NCBI RefSeq assembly: GCF_018350175.1
Contig: NC_058368.1
Coordinates: 234,362,001 to 234,426,000 of the forward strand
Origin: Felis catus
Lineage: Eukaryota
Length of the DNA stretch: 64,000 bases
Direction: 5' to 3'
Shown: one piece after another, positions 24,216 to 37,525 of the stretch
Position numbering within the stretch: position 1 is the first letter of the stretch
How the letters are laid out: each line of letters begins with the position of its first letter
Translations under genes and position numbers: made by a program
The notes under the pieces: model-generated
Seen by the model: only the letters and a program-made list of their open reading frames with translations
What the model was told of the DNA's origin: nothing
Databases searched by the model: none

Positions 24216-25421
24216 TTAAATGGTTGACAATAATTAGAATTCTTTCTGCTGCAAAGACCAATCTGAAGAGTCACCTGATTTCTCTGCAGAATCAGGCAGT
24301 TCCCCTCCACGTATGCTGTGTCTCGTACGTAACTTGCATCATGGCAACAAATTATTTTATTGTCTGTAGAGCCGCCGGGTAATGAGGGCCTTGGGGTTAG
24401 GAACTGTCCCGGACACGTCTCCTAGCCCGTGAGCCTGGTGCTCTGGCCGGGCCTGGCACACGCGGGTGCTGAGAGAGCGTTTGTCAAGAGAAGGTCGAGA
24501 CGGGAGGGAGGCCAGGCTAGGAGTAAATATTGAGAGGCTATCCTCTGTGTAGAGCAGGATGGGTTTTCTCCATCAGGAAGGGGGAAATCAAGGGTCGTTA
24601 TCAGACATATGTTCTAATAAAAATGAAAGTAACGTCCTTCTCTCTTTAATTTATTCAAGTGGGCAAACTGTTTCCCCTTCTCATTCTTGGCATTTACTTG
24701 GTCATTTTGCATTTCCCAGTGGATTAGTCTCCATCAATGAAAGCTCTCAGTACAGGCCATTATTTCTATTTCTTTGAATAGTATCTCTTCTCCTATATTA
24801 AATTGTTACATATAATAGAAAAAAAAAAGCCCAAAGATGTGGGCATCGGACATTCTCAGGACCCAAGTTGCCACTTAGTACCAGAGGGAGATGTGTGGGG
24901 AGTCTGTCCCCTGGAGATTTAGGACTGTGTCCCAAGACTTCTCTATCCAAAGGGCTCGAGATAGAAACCCTTTCTGGTCAGGCAGAACTGAGTCCAATCA
25001 ACTGATTGAAATACGTGGACATGTGGGACAATAGCCCGTTTGTTTCCTATTAATCTAAGAAACAAAGGACTCCTGATGAGGTTGCGCAAAGGGATTCTGA
25101 CCATCATCTGAAATGCCTCTGGGTCCTAAGCTGGGCTGTGCGAGTACGGAGAAGGAAGCTTCTCTGGGTCCCGGTCTGTCGTCCGGGGAGTCCATCACGA
25201 GCCGGGGATGTGCCAGGAGCTGAGGGGTGGTGGCTGAATTGGGGTACCACATCTCGGGGACGCCCTCAGAGGTGTGAACAGCACAGGTTTATGTTTCTCT
25301 AAACAGTAATATAGGAGGACGGAAGGGTCTGGTTCTGAAATAATCAGAACATTGCAACAATTTTCTGACAGATAGATGTGAAGTGTCTTGAGGAAGGGCA
25401 CCTTTTTATTTTTTGTAACTT

Positions 25422-25653
25422 TCTTTTTTTTTAATTTTTTTTTTAATGTTTATTTATTTTTGAGAGAGAGAGACAGAGACAGAGCATGAGCAGGGGAGGG
25501 GCGGAGAGAGAGGGAGACACAGAATCCCAAGCAGGCTCCAGGCTCATGAGCTGTCAGCACAGAGCCCAACACGGCGCTCGAAACTCACCGACCCAGAGAT
25601 CATGACCTGAGCCGAAGTCAGATGCTTAATCGACTGAGCCAGCCCGGCGCCCC
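25422..25653 (-). mobile_element. Can-SINE
   Basis: TSD GAAGGGCA(C/T)CTTTT. Confidence 0.92.
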
Positions 25654-26164
25654 AAGAAGGGCATCTTTTTATAACGTGCCCCAGAGTGCCACCTGAGATA
25701 CAACCACGTGGGGCAGGCCCATCCCACCTTAGCTGTCCCTCCAGATGGTCTGGTTTGCAGAAGGGACCAGCCGTGCCAGTGGGTCCTGGGATCGACTCCT
25801 GGGAGGGCAGCCCCTGTTGGGAGTTCACACACCTGCCTGTGAGAAATCCGTCCAGCACAAGGGCTCTGTGAAGCGGCTCAGAGTCAAGTGTCCATTTTCC
25901 TGGCCGTCTTGAGCAGGAGGGCGCTGGAGCAGAGCCCCGTGAAAATCCGAGCCTCAGAAATTGGGTGGGAAGTGGGGTTCCCGTTTACCGTTCTTACTGT
26001 GCTCTCCCTGGACACAGATTCCCTTGTTAGTGACATCGTCCATTAGTGTGGCACATTTGTAACAGCTGGAGATATTAATAGTGTAGTGATAATTCAAATG
26101 GAGGAAAACACAAATAGCATTTAAACTTAATAACTAAAGTAGATTAAAATTTAAGCGATAAACT

Positions 26165-26386
26165 GGGGCGCCTGGGTGGCGCAGTCGGTTAAGCGTCCGA
26201 CTTCAGCCAGGTCACGATCTCGTGGTCCGTGAGTTCGAGCCCCGCGTCAGGCTCTGGGCTGATGGCTCAGAGCCTGGAGCCTGTTTCCGATTCTGTGTCT
26301 CCCTCTCTCTCTCTGCCCCTCCCCCGTTCATGCTCTGGCTCTTTCTGTCCCAAAAATAAATAAACGTTGAAAAAAAAAATTAAAAA
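26165..26386 (+). mobile_element. Young Can-SINE
   Basis: TSD AAAATTTAAGCGATAAAC. Confidence 0.95.
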
Positions 26387-26419
26387 AAAATTTAAGCGAT
26401 AAACCTAACTATAATGAAA

Positions 26420-27170
26420 TAACATTATGATAACAATCCATTATTAGGAACCGAAGTCCGTGGTCTCCGTTAGCGTGCCTCCTTGGTGCTGTCCACCCTG
26501 TGGGTTTGGACAAATGCATAATGGAGTGTGTCCATCGTTACAGTATCATACAGAGTAGTTTCACTGTCCTAACAATCCTCCGGGCTCTGTCGCGTCATCC
26601 CTCTCCCCACCCCCAACCCCTGGCAGCCACTGGTCTTTTTATCGTCTCCGTGGTTCCGCCTCCTCCAGGATGTCATGTAGTTGGAGTCATACAGCATAAA
26701 CTCTTTCCATATTGGCTTCTTTCACGCGGCAAATGGGTCAAGTTTCTTCCTTGCCTGTTTGTGGCTTCATAGCTCATTTCTTTTGATCTCTGTAAATATC
26801 ACACTGTCTGGATGGACCAGTGTCTTTATCCACTCACCTATCAGAAGGCATCTAAACTTTGACAATTGTGAGTAAAGCTGCTAGAAGCGTTCGTGTGCGG
26901 GGTTTGGGGTGGATGTAAATGTTCAGCTCATTTCAACCAGGTGAGTTGACACGCTGGATCATTTGGTAAGAATGGGGTCAGTTCTGTCTTCCGAAGTGGG
27001 TGCCCCAAGTTGCATTCCCGTCAGTAATGTACGGGAGTTCCTTGTGCTCCACACCTGTCAGCATTTGGGGTTGTCAGGGTTTTGGATGTGGACTATTCTA
27101 ATAGGCATGTAGTGGTACCTTGGGGTGGTTTTAATTTGATATTGAGTGTTTGTTCATATGCCTGTTACCC
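26420..27170 (-). mobile_element. L1M 3' UTR fossil
   Basis: GGGTTTGGACAAATGCATAATG..CAGTATCATACAGAGTAGTTTCACTG..CCCTGGCAGCCACTGG..GCATTCCCGTCAGTAATG. Confidence 0.8.
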
Positions 27171-27326
27171 AGGTATTTTTTTTTTCTTCTTCTTCTTCTT
27201 CATGGGCCTAATGTAGATATTTCTTCTTGTAAGCAGAATAAATTGGCTTATCATTATGAGAGAAATATGTTTCTAGACTAATTGGGCCAAATCTTCTCTT
27301 AACACATCTTTCGAAAGTAATGGAGA

Positions 27327-27490
27327 GGGGCCCCTGGGTGGCTCAGTCAGTTACGCTTCTGACTCTTGATTATCAGTGTCAAGCTCTACTCTGAGGGTGG
27401 AGCCAGCTTGGGATTCTCCCTCTCTCTCTGCCCCTCCCCCACTCATACTCTTGCTCTCGTTCTCTCTCTCTCTCTCTCAAAATAAATAAG
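27327..27490 (+). mobile_element. Can-SINE, older
   Basis: SINE head and tail. Confidence 0.85.
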
Positions 27491-27964
27491 ACCCCCTCCT
27501 TCGGGGGTCCCAGCTGGGAATGAAGTTTTCCCAGCCACGTGGAGCCTTTGAGAACAGATTTTGCTGCTTTGCCATGGAGCGAAAGCAACCAATCCAGACT
27601 GCTGACTACTTTGCAAAGAGTAAGACACTAAGAGATGTGAGGTATTTCCACAATCCTGCCTCTCACGTGTGTATGTTGGGCCAGGCCAGCTGGATTTGAA
27701 GAGAGAAAGAAAATCATCATCTCACTGACAGAACCAGCTTGCTTTTAATTCTGTCAAACTGAAGAAGTTCAGTGTCTGTGCTTGCTCCAGAAAATTCTCC
27801 CTAAGCCACTGCTTACTAGGACGGTAACACTGAGGACCACCGAGTCAGGTTCAGCGAGAGATGCACAGAGCGGTGGTTCTATCCTCATCACTGTGGGCAG
27901 ACAGTATTAATATACAGACATCAGCAGGGATAGCAAACATCTACCCATAAGAATGTGATGGCCC

Positions 27965-28165
27965 AGGACACCAGGGGGGCTCAGTCGCTTAAGCGTCAGA
28001 CTCTTGGTTTCGGCTCAGGTCATGATCTCACAGTTCGTGAGTTCAAGCTCCACGTTGGGCTCTGTGTGGTTGGGATTCTCTCTCCCTCTCTCCCTGCCCC
28101 TCCCCAACTCTCGTTCTCTGTCTCAATCTAAATAAATAAATTTTTAAAAATTAAAAAAAAAAAGA
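27965..28165 (+). mobile_element. Can-SINE
   Basis: TSD AAGAAT(G/A)TGATGGCC. Confidence 0.88.
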
Positions 28166-28704
28166 ATATGATGGCCAGGACTTTCGGTGTCCAGTTTGAC
28201 CATGACCCTTGAGCTGTTGCAATCTCCAGTTGGACGCTGTCTGCTCTCGGGTGCACCTCTGGAGGTGGGGCTGCATGACAGCTGGGTGACTGTGGGCCAC
28301 GACACTTAACGGGACCCCGCAACAGTCAGCGGGCACGCAGCACTGGTCCTAGAGGCTTCGATGCTTTTTCTCCCTAAGCATTGGGAATTGATGAACGTTT
28401 CGCTTTCCGAAATGTCTCTTTAATTCATTGTTCCCGGGTATCCAGGCCAAACTCTTCCTAAACTCACCCACACTTGTGCAGCCTGACCACGAGCTTCCTA
28501 CTGCTCGTTCCCGTCCTGGCCGCGCTCCGAGGAGCATCGCTCTGAGCAAGATGGGAAGTGACGTGTCTTGTAACATCATCTGGGGTTTGTGGTCTGGGCC
28601 AAGGCCCCTTCACTGACTGTGGTTTTCAGTCGGCTCTGAGCATCACACAAAGCCTTCCCACATATTCTCTCCAGCACACAGAGTTTTAACAATCTCGGTC
28701 ATTC

Positions 28705-28950
28705 TTTCTTCTTCTTCTTTTTTTTTTTAATTGTTTAATGTTATTTATTTTTGAGAGACAGAGAGAGAAAGAGATGGAGTGTGATTGGAGGAGGGGCAGA
28801 GAGAGAGGGGGGGAGACACAGAGTCCAAAGCAGGCTCCAGGCTCTGAGCTGTCAGCACAGAGCCTGATGTGGGGCTCAAACCCACAAGCCGCGAGATCAT
28901 GACCTGAGTCAAAGTCGGATGCTTAACCGACTGAGCCACCCAGGCGGCCC
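28705..28950 (-). mobile_element. Can-SINE
   Basis: TSD GGTCATTCTTTCTT. Confidence 0.92.
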
Positions 28951-30064
28951 TTGGTCATTCTTTCTTAACCAGCTCTTCTGTAGATGCCGAAGAACCCATC
29001 CTTCCAGTGTAATCCATAAAGCCACCCGGTTTCCAGCATCTTCTTAAAGGAAGTGTAAAGTTGGAGAGGTCCCCTGGCAAAGGGCCACCGTGGACAAGGC
29101 TGTCCTCCTACCAGGAGGCCAGCATCTGCCATCTGGGGACATAAGCCTGCATCTGCCTTCCAGGGACATAAATTCCATGTTCCCTTCCCATTCAAGGCAG
29201 AAACAACGCTCATCACAGGACTAGCCGCACGAAAGGAGAAGACACCCAGTCCCTCCGAGACCCTCCCTCAACCATCTATGCTCCAGCCCAGGTCTTGTTT
29301 CCTGCTTAGTGGGAGAAAGAGGCCATCATTCTTCCAGAATGCAGGTGTCTAACCCCTCATGCTCCGCCCCACAGACAGACAACTGTCCGTTTGCCAGCAG
29401 ATATCTAGACAGACCACTAAATGCGGAGAGATTTTTATATTGCCTATCGGATAGCTATTCATTTTAAGTAAAAACTGATTGCCTTAGTGGAACCAGGCAT
29501 TGAAGAAATGACAACGTAATAGTTCACTTGTATCATCTTTGACAGAGATGTGGGTTTTTTAAATAAATGACAGGTGAGCATTCTGAAATATTATCGTTGG
29601 ATTCCGTTAGTCAGCAGTGACAGAAATGTGACTTTCCGGCCCCATTGTCTTCAGGGACAGGGGAGAATGTCATTTAAAAAATAAAGCCCGGGAAAGCCGT
29701 CTCCTTCCAACAGTTTCCAAACTGGTTTCAGTCGATTGGTAGTGTTACTTAGACCCCATTCCTCCACGGTGAGGTCCTGAAAGTCCAGGGAAACTGGTTT
29801 GCTTACCTAGCAGTTCTGTTTTTCTCTTCCTACGCTTTGGGTGTTGAAATGACCCAAAGCAGCCAAAACAGTATGACCAGAGCGTTCTACTGCCAGCGGG
29901 GTTGGGACAGACAGACAGACCAAAGGCCATCAAGGTCTGTTCTTTGCAAGGGAGAACTGATATCTTGACACACGGATATTCGTCTCAGCCATTTTGAGTT
30001 TCCCGTCCCTGGACAATTGTGGTTTTCAAAAAAAGCAAACCCTTATGCTCGTGGGCGTTGTAAT

Positions 30065-30440
30065 CGTATTAGTTGTCTATCGTGGCATAATGATGGCCCC
30101 ACAAACGTAGAGGGGTCAAACCACACACATTCATGACCTCAGAGTATCTGAGGCTCGGGAGTCTAGGCACAGCTTAGCCGGGTCCTCCGCCCAGGGCCTC
30201 TCCAGGCTGTAGACAAGGTGTCAGTGGGGCTGGGGTCTCATCAGAGACTCGTCTGGGAAAGGATCTACTTCCAGGCCGGTGGCTGTGGGACTGAGGGCTT
30301 CTGTTTCCTGCTGGGAGTCTGCTGGCCGTGTGGCCTTCTCTGGGGGGCAGCTTCCAAAGTGACTTTGAAGAAGCCAGCTGAGGGGGGGGGCATCTCCTCA
30401 CAAGATGGGTGTTACAGTCTTGTGTATCATAATCACATTG
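30065..30440 (-). mobile_element. MLT1-type LTR
   Basis: GTATTAGTTGTCTAT..GCACAGCTTAGCCGGGTCCTC..CAAGGTGTCAG. Confidence 0.7.
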
Positions 30441-30479
30441 TGTAATTATAATCCTCCTGGCACCGCTGCATGAGGAGAC

Positions 30480-30920
30480 GTAACGGTTAGTTCCCTGTTA
30501 CCTTGACGAGGAGGACAGGGGTACCCAGATATTTGGTTCAGCTTGATTCTGGGCATGTCTGTGAAGTGTGTCTGGATGAGACAGTATTTGCTTTGATAGA
30601 CTGAGCAAAGCAGGCGGTCCTCCCCAGTGCGGGGGGGCCTCATCCAGTCCCGCGGAGGCCTGTGCAGAACAAAAGACAGAGTGAGAATGTCTTTCTCTCT
30701 GCCTTTTTCGAGCTGGGACATTGGCCCCCATGCTGTTGGCATTCCTGGTTCTTAGGCCTTTGGATTCAAACTACTTGGAACCACACCCACCGCTGACTTT
30801 CCTGAGTCCCGGTCCGCGAGTGGCTGGTTGTCGGACTTCTCGGCCTTCATAATTGCGTAAGCCAATTCCATATACTAAGTTCTATACATATGATCCTAGT
30901 CGTCTGTGAACCTAGCCTAG
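30480..30920 (+). mobile_element. MLT2-type LTR
   Basis: CCCAGATATTTGGTTCAGC..GACTGAGCAAAGCAGG..GGCCTCATCCAGTCC..CATAATTGCGTAAGCCAATTCC. Confidence 0.75.
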
Positions 30921-31261
30921 CCTGGTCATATGAGCCTAGCAGGAGGGAGGGACCGCGGGACTGCTGTAGGTGCATCCTACAACCACACATCTTACAGACC
31001 TATTAAATACTGTACTTCTGCAGGGAGAAATGTCACTTTCAGAGCACGAGACAAGGAGGTGAAGGTGCTCACGGTCCTAAGAAGGAATCTAGCTGAGACC
31101 AAGAGGCAGACAGTATCCTTCTCCCGAATGGGTGATTTCAACAGCATATGGGTGCAGAGTCAGAGGCTCCATATTGGTATTCTCCAACAATGCAGACGTT
31201 ATTTTTTTAGTATTTATTAAATACGTCCATGTGCCCAACAGTGTCTGAGAGCTTTCCAATG

Positions 31262-31293
31262 TTTTTTTTTTAAGTTTTTAATGTTTATTTATT

Positions 31294-31338
<45 letters not shown>

Positions 31339-31500
31339 AGGGGAGGGGCAGAGAGAGAGAGAGGGAGACAGAATCCGAAGCAGGCTCCAGGCTCTGAGCT
31401 GTCAGCACAGAGGCTGACGCAGAGCTCGAACTCACGAACTGCGAGATCATGACCTGAGCTGAAGTCAGACACTCAACCGACTGAGCCCCCCAGGCGCCCC
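31262..31500 (-). mobile_element. Can-SINE with a long (GA)n tract
   Basis: SINE head and tail. Confidence 0.93.
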
Positions 31501-32256
31501 TTTCCAAGTGTTATTTTACATAATGCTCACGCCTGTGCCAGGTGGCCAGTGCTATTACCCTTTTTTGCAAACGAGGAAACGGAGGCACAGGATTTGGATG
31601 ATTTGTTCAAGGTCACATGGGTAGGAGACTGTGGAGCCAGGGTTCAGCCCGGTGTTTTCAACTGCTCTGCGTGTCCTAAATGGTCTACACTAAGGTGGAG
31701 GTAGCCTGTGGCCCGGGGACACGTGTCCTCTAGTGAACAGGTTATCCATGCCCCTAAAACTCACACTCACGGGGCAGGTTGGGACATGATGGGAGGAAGA
31801 GGCCTGGCATCGGGGCCGGGAGAGAGGCAGCTGAGCCTCAGTGAGGTCCTACCAGTGCTAGAAGCTGGGACGCACAGTGCACCAGGTGGCCCGAGACACC
31901 TGGACACCGGGTGGTGCATTTAGTGTGCGGCCTCATGCTGCCTGCCTGGCACAGCGGGGGCAGCGACTCGTGGCCGGGGTGGGCTGGCCTGGCACCATCC
32001 CTTGTGACGAATTTGGTGAAAGTCTCCAAGGGGTGAGGCCTCAGACGGCCAGCACAGCTGGGTCCTCAAAGCAGCCACCACACGTCTCCAGAAAAGAAGC
32101 AAGATGTGACTTTTCCTCTTGTGAATTCTCCATCTATTGGCATCGTATCTGATGTCTTTTTTCCCCCAACTGTTCTAAACAGTTTCTGAACAATGGATTT
32201 CTGAACAAGGGATTCAAATCTAAGCTTTGTAAAATCTTGATTCAAAGGAGGTAGGG

Positions 32257-32455
32257 TTTTTTTATGTTTATTTTTGAGAGAGACAAAGACAGACACGGAG
32301 TACAGGTGGGGAGGGGCAGAGAGAGAGAGACAAAGAATCCAAAATAGGCTCCAGGCTCCAAGCTGACAGCACAGAGCCCAATGTGGGGATCGAACCCACA
32401 AACTGTGAGATCATGACCTGAGCCGGAAGTCAGACGCTTAACCACCCAGGCACCT
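32257..32455 (-). mobile_element. Can-SINE
   Basis: SINE head and tail. Confidence 0.88.
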
Positions 32456-33969
32456 TGACTCAAATGAGTTTTTTAGAGCTAAAGTGCTTTCCCTGACTCC
32501 CAGCAGCGACTGCAAATCTCAGAGCACAGGGTGCAAGTGTGCCTCGGGGGTGGGCTTGGTCCACAGGACCCCCTCCCGCTCCCCTCCAGGCTGGCTAGGG
32601 GAGGGCGAGGCTTCCCCTCAGGAGCTGGCCCCTGACGTGCAGCCTCTCCTGAACTTCCCTTCCTGTAATGTAGGGTCCTACCCACCAGGATCAGCGATTC
32701 TCGAGATGGAATCGTGGGACAGCGTCCCAGAACCCAGAGCAGTAGATGCCCCTGGATCCAGTCAGTATGGAAGGACCTAGAAGGGTTTGAGGAAGAATGC
32801 ACCGGGATGAAGCCTGTGCTTGCTACAAGCAGGACACAGGGAAGTGTGTCCCCAGGAGGGCGACAGTGGGAGAGGGCTGGAGTGCACTGATCAGGGTTTG
32901 GCCATCACAATGGCCTGGGATGGACCGTAAGCCCCTCACTTGGCCTCGTGTTTATTTCTGTCACTTTTTCCTACCGGTCATTATTTTAGCTACTTACTAG
33001 TTTCTTGCGTTTCACGGCGCCTGGGCGGGGACTGCTTCAGCTGCCCATCCGTCGGAGCATCTCTGACGGCGCTTGGCACGTAGTCTGTGTTCAGTAAATA
33101 GTGCTGAGTGCAGTCCTGGCCCTGGAGAAGCGTCCCGCGAGGAGGACACGGGTCCAATGAGTCCCCTGCCTCGTTGCAGTTCAACTTTAACCAACACGGC
33201 CAGTGGGTGAAGTCCTCCCTAGATGGCAGCCCATGGCACGTCCCCAGAGAGCAGGTGACCGTGCCCAGTGGCCTTGCTGAGCGAGGAGGGAGGACGCGTG
33301 GTTTGGGTGAAAAGCAGGTAAAAGGTGGGAGGGCGGTCCCCGCCAGATGCTGCAAAGCCCGGTGGGGAGAAGCTTCGCCACGGAGCCCTCAGGGCACTGG
33401 AGGCAGATGCTGCTGGTGACTGGAAGATGGTGACAACCTTGGGATGTCCTCCAACCCCACCCCTTCCTGCCAGGCCAGTCCCTCCCTCCGCCCTGCAGCC
33501 CGTGCAACACCCCAACCACAAGGCTGATGAAAGAGCAGACCTAGGCCGGCTGACTAGCGACTGTGTCCCCAACGTGGCCGCAGAAAGAGGTTCCCGCTCA
33601 AACCTCACAACACGCCTCCTCCCCTTGAGTAACTTATGTTTTCTAAGAAAGCAGGCTACCGATTGATGCATTCTTCTGAAGCCTGAAGGGGGAGGAAGGG
33701 GAGCGTGAGAGGCGTGGAAAGTGTGAGTAGAAGAGGGAGGGCTTCTCTCAGGTAGGGGCCGGAGGCAGGAGCCCTCAACCCTGTCCAGGCTTAGAATGAC
33801 CCGGGAGCATTTTACCCCTCCCCAAACCAATTCATCAGAGTCTCTGGGGATGGTGTTTGGTGCTAGGTATTTATACAGCACAGCAAGGCTGACAGCCAAT
33901 GGTTCATAGGTGACCAGTGAGAAACGTTCTGTATACACTGAGGCCAAACATGTTAGAGATCCTCAGACA

Positions 33970-34150
33970 CAGTGGTTCTTAAACTTCAGGTGCATCAGAA
34001 TCTCCTGGAAGACTTGTTCAAACACAGGTTGCTGAGCCCCACCCCCAGAGTTTCTGATTCAGTAGGTCTGCGACCACCAGGCCCAACATTTGCATTTTTT
34101 AACAAGTTCCAGGTGACGCTGATAATTGCTGATCTGGGACCACATTTTGG
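33970..34150 (+). mobile_element. MER5A hAT MITE
   Basis: CAGTGGTTCTTAAACTT..GCATCAGAATC..CCCCACCCCCAGAGTTTCTGATTCAGTAGGTCTG..GGACCACATTTTG. Confidence 0.85.
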
Positions 34151-34380
34151 CAGCCAATCGGCTGAGGCCACGACCCTTCCCCAGCCAATCGGCTGAGGCC
34201 ATGATCCCTGTAAAACCTTTGTGCTTTTGAAACTCGTTCTCTCTCTCTCAGCGGTATCTCACCGCTGCATCGGTGCAGGTAGGGGATTGAGCTCGAGCTA
34301 GCTCGAATGAAGGCTCTTTGCTTTTGCATCGGACTCGGCTCCCTGGTGGTTTTTGGGGATCACGAGTTCTGGGCATAACA
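34151..34380 (+). mobile_element. 5'-truncated ERV1-type solo LTR
   Basis: Two CCAAT-containing repeats, a TATA-like TGTAAAA, a degenerate poly(A) signal AATGAA, and a U5 ending GGGCATAACA. Confidence 0.7.
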
Positions 34381-36109
34381 GCTGACGTCATGGAGAAGCT
34401 GGGTTGCAGAGGACAAGCAGGGGAACCTGCCTCCTCCAACCCCGGGGACACTGAAGTGTGGAAGGAGGGCCTCTCCAGACCTGGCCGGAAGCAGGGAGAG
34501 GGTCAGAACAGGTGGGAAAGGGCTTTTGCCTCTGCCCCAGCCCCAGGTGCTGCCACAGCAGAGTAATTTTGGCAGAGGAAGGCAGGTGTGGGGACACAGG
34601 AGCTCAGAGGGGCGTCCAGACTCGGGGGGGGAGGTGTCTCCAAAGGGAGCAGAGCAGTGGGCGGGGCTCTTGGATGCACCCACTTCCCAGAGGGAGGCCT
34701 GGGGGCCACCACGCTGACAAGTAAGGCTGGGACACAGGTCCCTGAGGAGAGGCTGCAGCCCCAGCAGCAGGGCCGTCTTCCTATGGAGCAGCCTCCTGCC
34801 CAGCCGGCCCTGGGGGACAGGGCGTGGGGCCCACGGTGGGGTGGCAGACCTGTGTTCCCACATGGGAACTGACAAGGCAGTGAGTCCTCCCCGGGGGGAG
34901 TGGAAGGCCGCAGGGCCAGGAACCACTGAATCATACTTAGTACAGCTTCTAAAGCCATTTCTTTGGTGATCTTGGACTTCATTGTAGCCCAAGGAAACTA
35001 CAAATGTCATCCTTGGCAAAGCCAGTTGGGGTTGAGTGAGTGCTTTGAGAAGGAGGTCAAGTAACAGGACAGAGGCAGATGTAGGGCCTCAAACTGGCCT
35101 AGGGAGAGGCTTTAGCTTCTGGAAGTTGCTTCTGCCCCACAGGGCCCCCTGACGGGACACTCCCACAGCCACCCCCATAGGCATCCACGACTGTCATAGG
35201 TCTGAAGATACACAGGCAGTTGTGTGTGGCAGCAGACGTGAATGGCCTTTAGCCAGAGGCAGAGACCGGTACAGTGTTGCAGACGGTCCTCCTGAAAGCC
35301 ACCAGCTCCCCGCGGGACGCTTCGGGACCCAGAGTCTCAGGCTTTGTTGCCGTGTCCCGGCTCTCCCTGAGGCGTGGAGCTATTCGACCTTGGCCTTCTC
35401 GTCCAGCTGAGAGGCAAAGTGGAAGTCGTTCTCTTCATTTAACAATTTTCTGAGCCCGGACCATCATTCCAGGTTCCCTACCGGGTCTTCTCGTGGTCGG
35501 TGGCGGACAGTGGGTGTAACCATGGAGGAGGCCGTGCAGTGCTTGCCTCGGATCCTTGGCGGCCGGCCTCCGGGGCACTGACCAGCTCGTGTGAAGGGAA
35601 CACTCCGGGTGGTCTACTGCTTAGGATGGCCCCTAACACGCTCTTCAGGCAATAACTTGGGAAAATGCCAACGTTCGAGGTAAGTAGTTAGCGTAGAACC
35701 AACCACTCAATATCTGGACAATTTAGCATGTTGACAATCGACCTATTGGTTCTGCTGAATGTGTGTCTGACGGTCCATACACTCTCGTTACCGTCACATC
35801 TTCTGCAGATGCTGTGCTGTGTGTCAGAGGGTGACGGAGTGAGGGATTCTAAGGCACAGAGTGGAAACTAAGATAGGAAATTATTCAGGTCTCTTTCACT
35901 GTGATTGGGCAAAGGCCCATCTTTATGGGATGAGGCCACTTCTGGACTAGTTTTTTTTTCAATTTAAAAAAAGGCTTAAATTTTTGTTAATTAAAATTGA
36001 TATTTTTAGTTAATAATATTTCCCTTTTTTTCTGGTCCAACCAGTGAAGGTTCACTTTGAGCAAACCTGTAGTTTTTAAACTATGTGATGTAAATGTAAA
36101 AATATTTAA

Positions 36110-36330
36110 CGAAGTATTGTAACTTAGTATAGCATATATAACTATAGTATACACACAGAGTATAGTAGTATGACTTATAGTAGATACACAGCATACATAT
36201 GCTATATCCATAGTATAGTTTCTTATAGTATATGCATAGCATATATATGCTATATTCATAGTATACTAGTGTCTTATGGTATATACATAGTATATCGATG
36301 CTATATCCATAGTACAGTAGTATAAATTAA
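36110..36330. repeat. AT-rich degenerate tandem repeat (~50-bp period)
   Basis: Recurring ATGCTATATCCATAGTA(T/C)AG units. Confidence 0.75.
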
Positions 36331-37264
36331 GTTATGACTTTTGAGTGTTACTGGGAAAATGTTCATATTTTGGTAACTGGCATATTTAGAATAAACTTTT
36401 ATAGATTTCAACTCTTAACATCTGAGAGCTCTATGTAAAGCCAGCTACTGTAAGAGCCTGTGAACTCTCGGGTTATGACTCATCAAACGTCTTCCCTGCT
36501 TGACCAGCTGCAAGTTTCTCGAAAGAGTGAAGTGGGACAAGGGTGTGGTAATGGTTCTTGTGTGCACATTGCATTCTTTACAATGTCAGGCCTTTGAAAG
36601 TGAAATTAGTTTTATTTATCCAAATTGAAATTTTACTCTCTTAAATACAGAACTCGATACAGAACTCTAAGTCTCGATGATGTTTTGCCTGTCGACTTGA
36701 GCTGGAATATCTGACCGTATTAGTCTACACTCAGCATGTGACAAACCATTTCCAAATCCTCTAACAACAGGCTTCTAATTCAGTATGCCACGGGATAAAT
36801 ACTCCAGATCTTTGACACTGAAGGAGAAAGCTTTCAGCAATTTTAAGTCCAGGGATGATGAATGTCAGAAATGTAATTTCTAAACTTGGTAGTGGTGCTT
36901 TTACTAAATTCAATTCACACCGTGAATGTCCTTCAAAGAACATGCAAAGAAAATGTTTTTTAATTCAATTGTTTATGACTAAAACCTAAGTTTCAACAGA
37001 AATTCAGCTAAACTTTGAAACTCAGAGTTAAAAGATTAAGAAAATGTTCTGCTCTTGTGTATGGATAGATGATGATGTTGTAGACCAATAGCGTTTGCCG
37101 TTTGTGACCAAATAGTGGTAAAAAGTAAGACCATGAATTACTGGGCTTTTGATTAGCATTAAAATTCTGAAAATTAAAAAAAAAAAGTGAGAGGGAGAGA
37201 GAATGAAAAAATGAAAGGAAGGGAAAGAGAAAGAGAGAAGAGGAAAGAAGGGAAGGAAATCGGA

Positions 37265-37525
37265 ATTTGGAAGTTCCCTCGAGTGGCCTCACTCTCTCAC
37301 GTCCCCCCGTGACGCAGGGTGACGGTTTGGGCGGCTGGGGCCCCTCGCCAGCACTTGGCCCCTTCATTTCAGCCCTTCTGCCACCTGTGTGGTACGTGGT
37401 AACGGTTTTAACTTGCATTTTTCTAGTGAGTAAAGAGGTTAAACATCGTTTCCGGTACTTCTCAGTCGCAGGTGTATCTTCTTTAGTGAAACGTCTGTTC
37501 GAATGTTACGCTCGTTTAGAAATAC
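37265..37525 (-). mobile_element. Old L1 3' fragment
   Basis: GTTTTAACTTGCATTTTTCTAGTGAGTAAAGAGGTTAAACATC..TCTTCTTTAGTGAAACGTCTGTTC. Confidence 0.65.

Noticed and set aside
33219..33947. 242-aa minus-strand ORF, and the 219-aa ORF at 34360-35019
   Set aside because: No recognisable domain or exon structure; expected by chance in GC-rich DNA.
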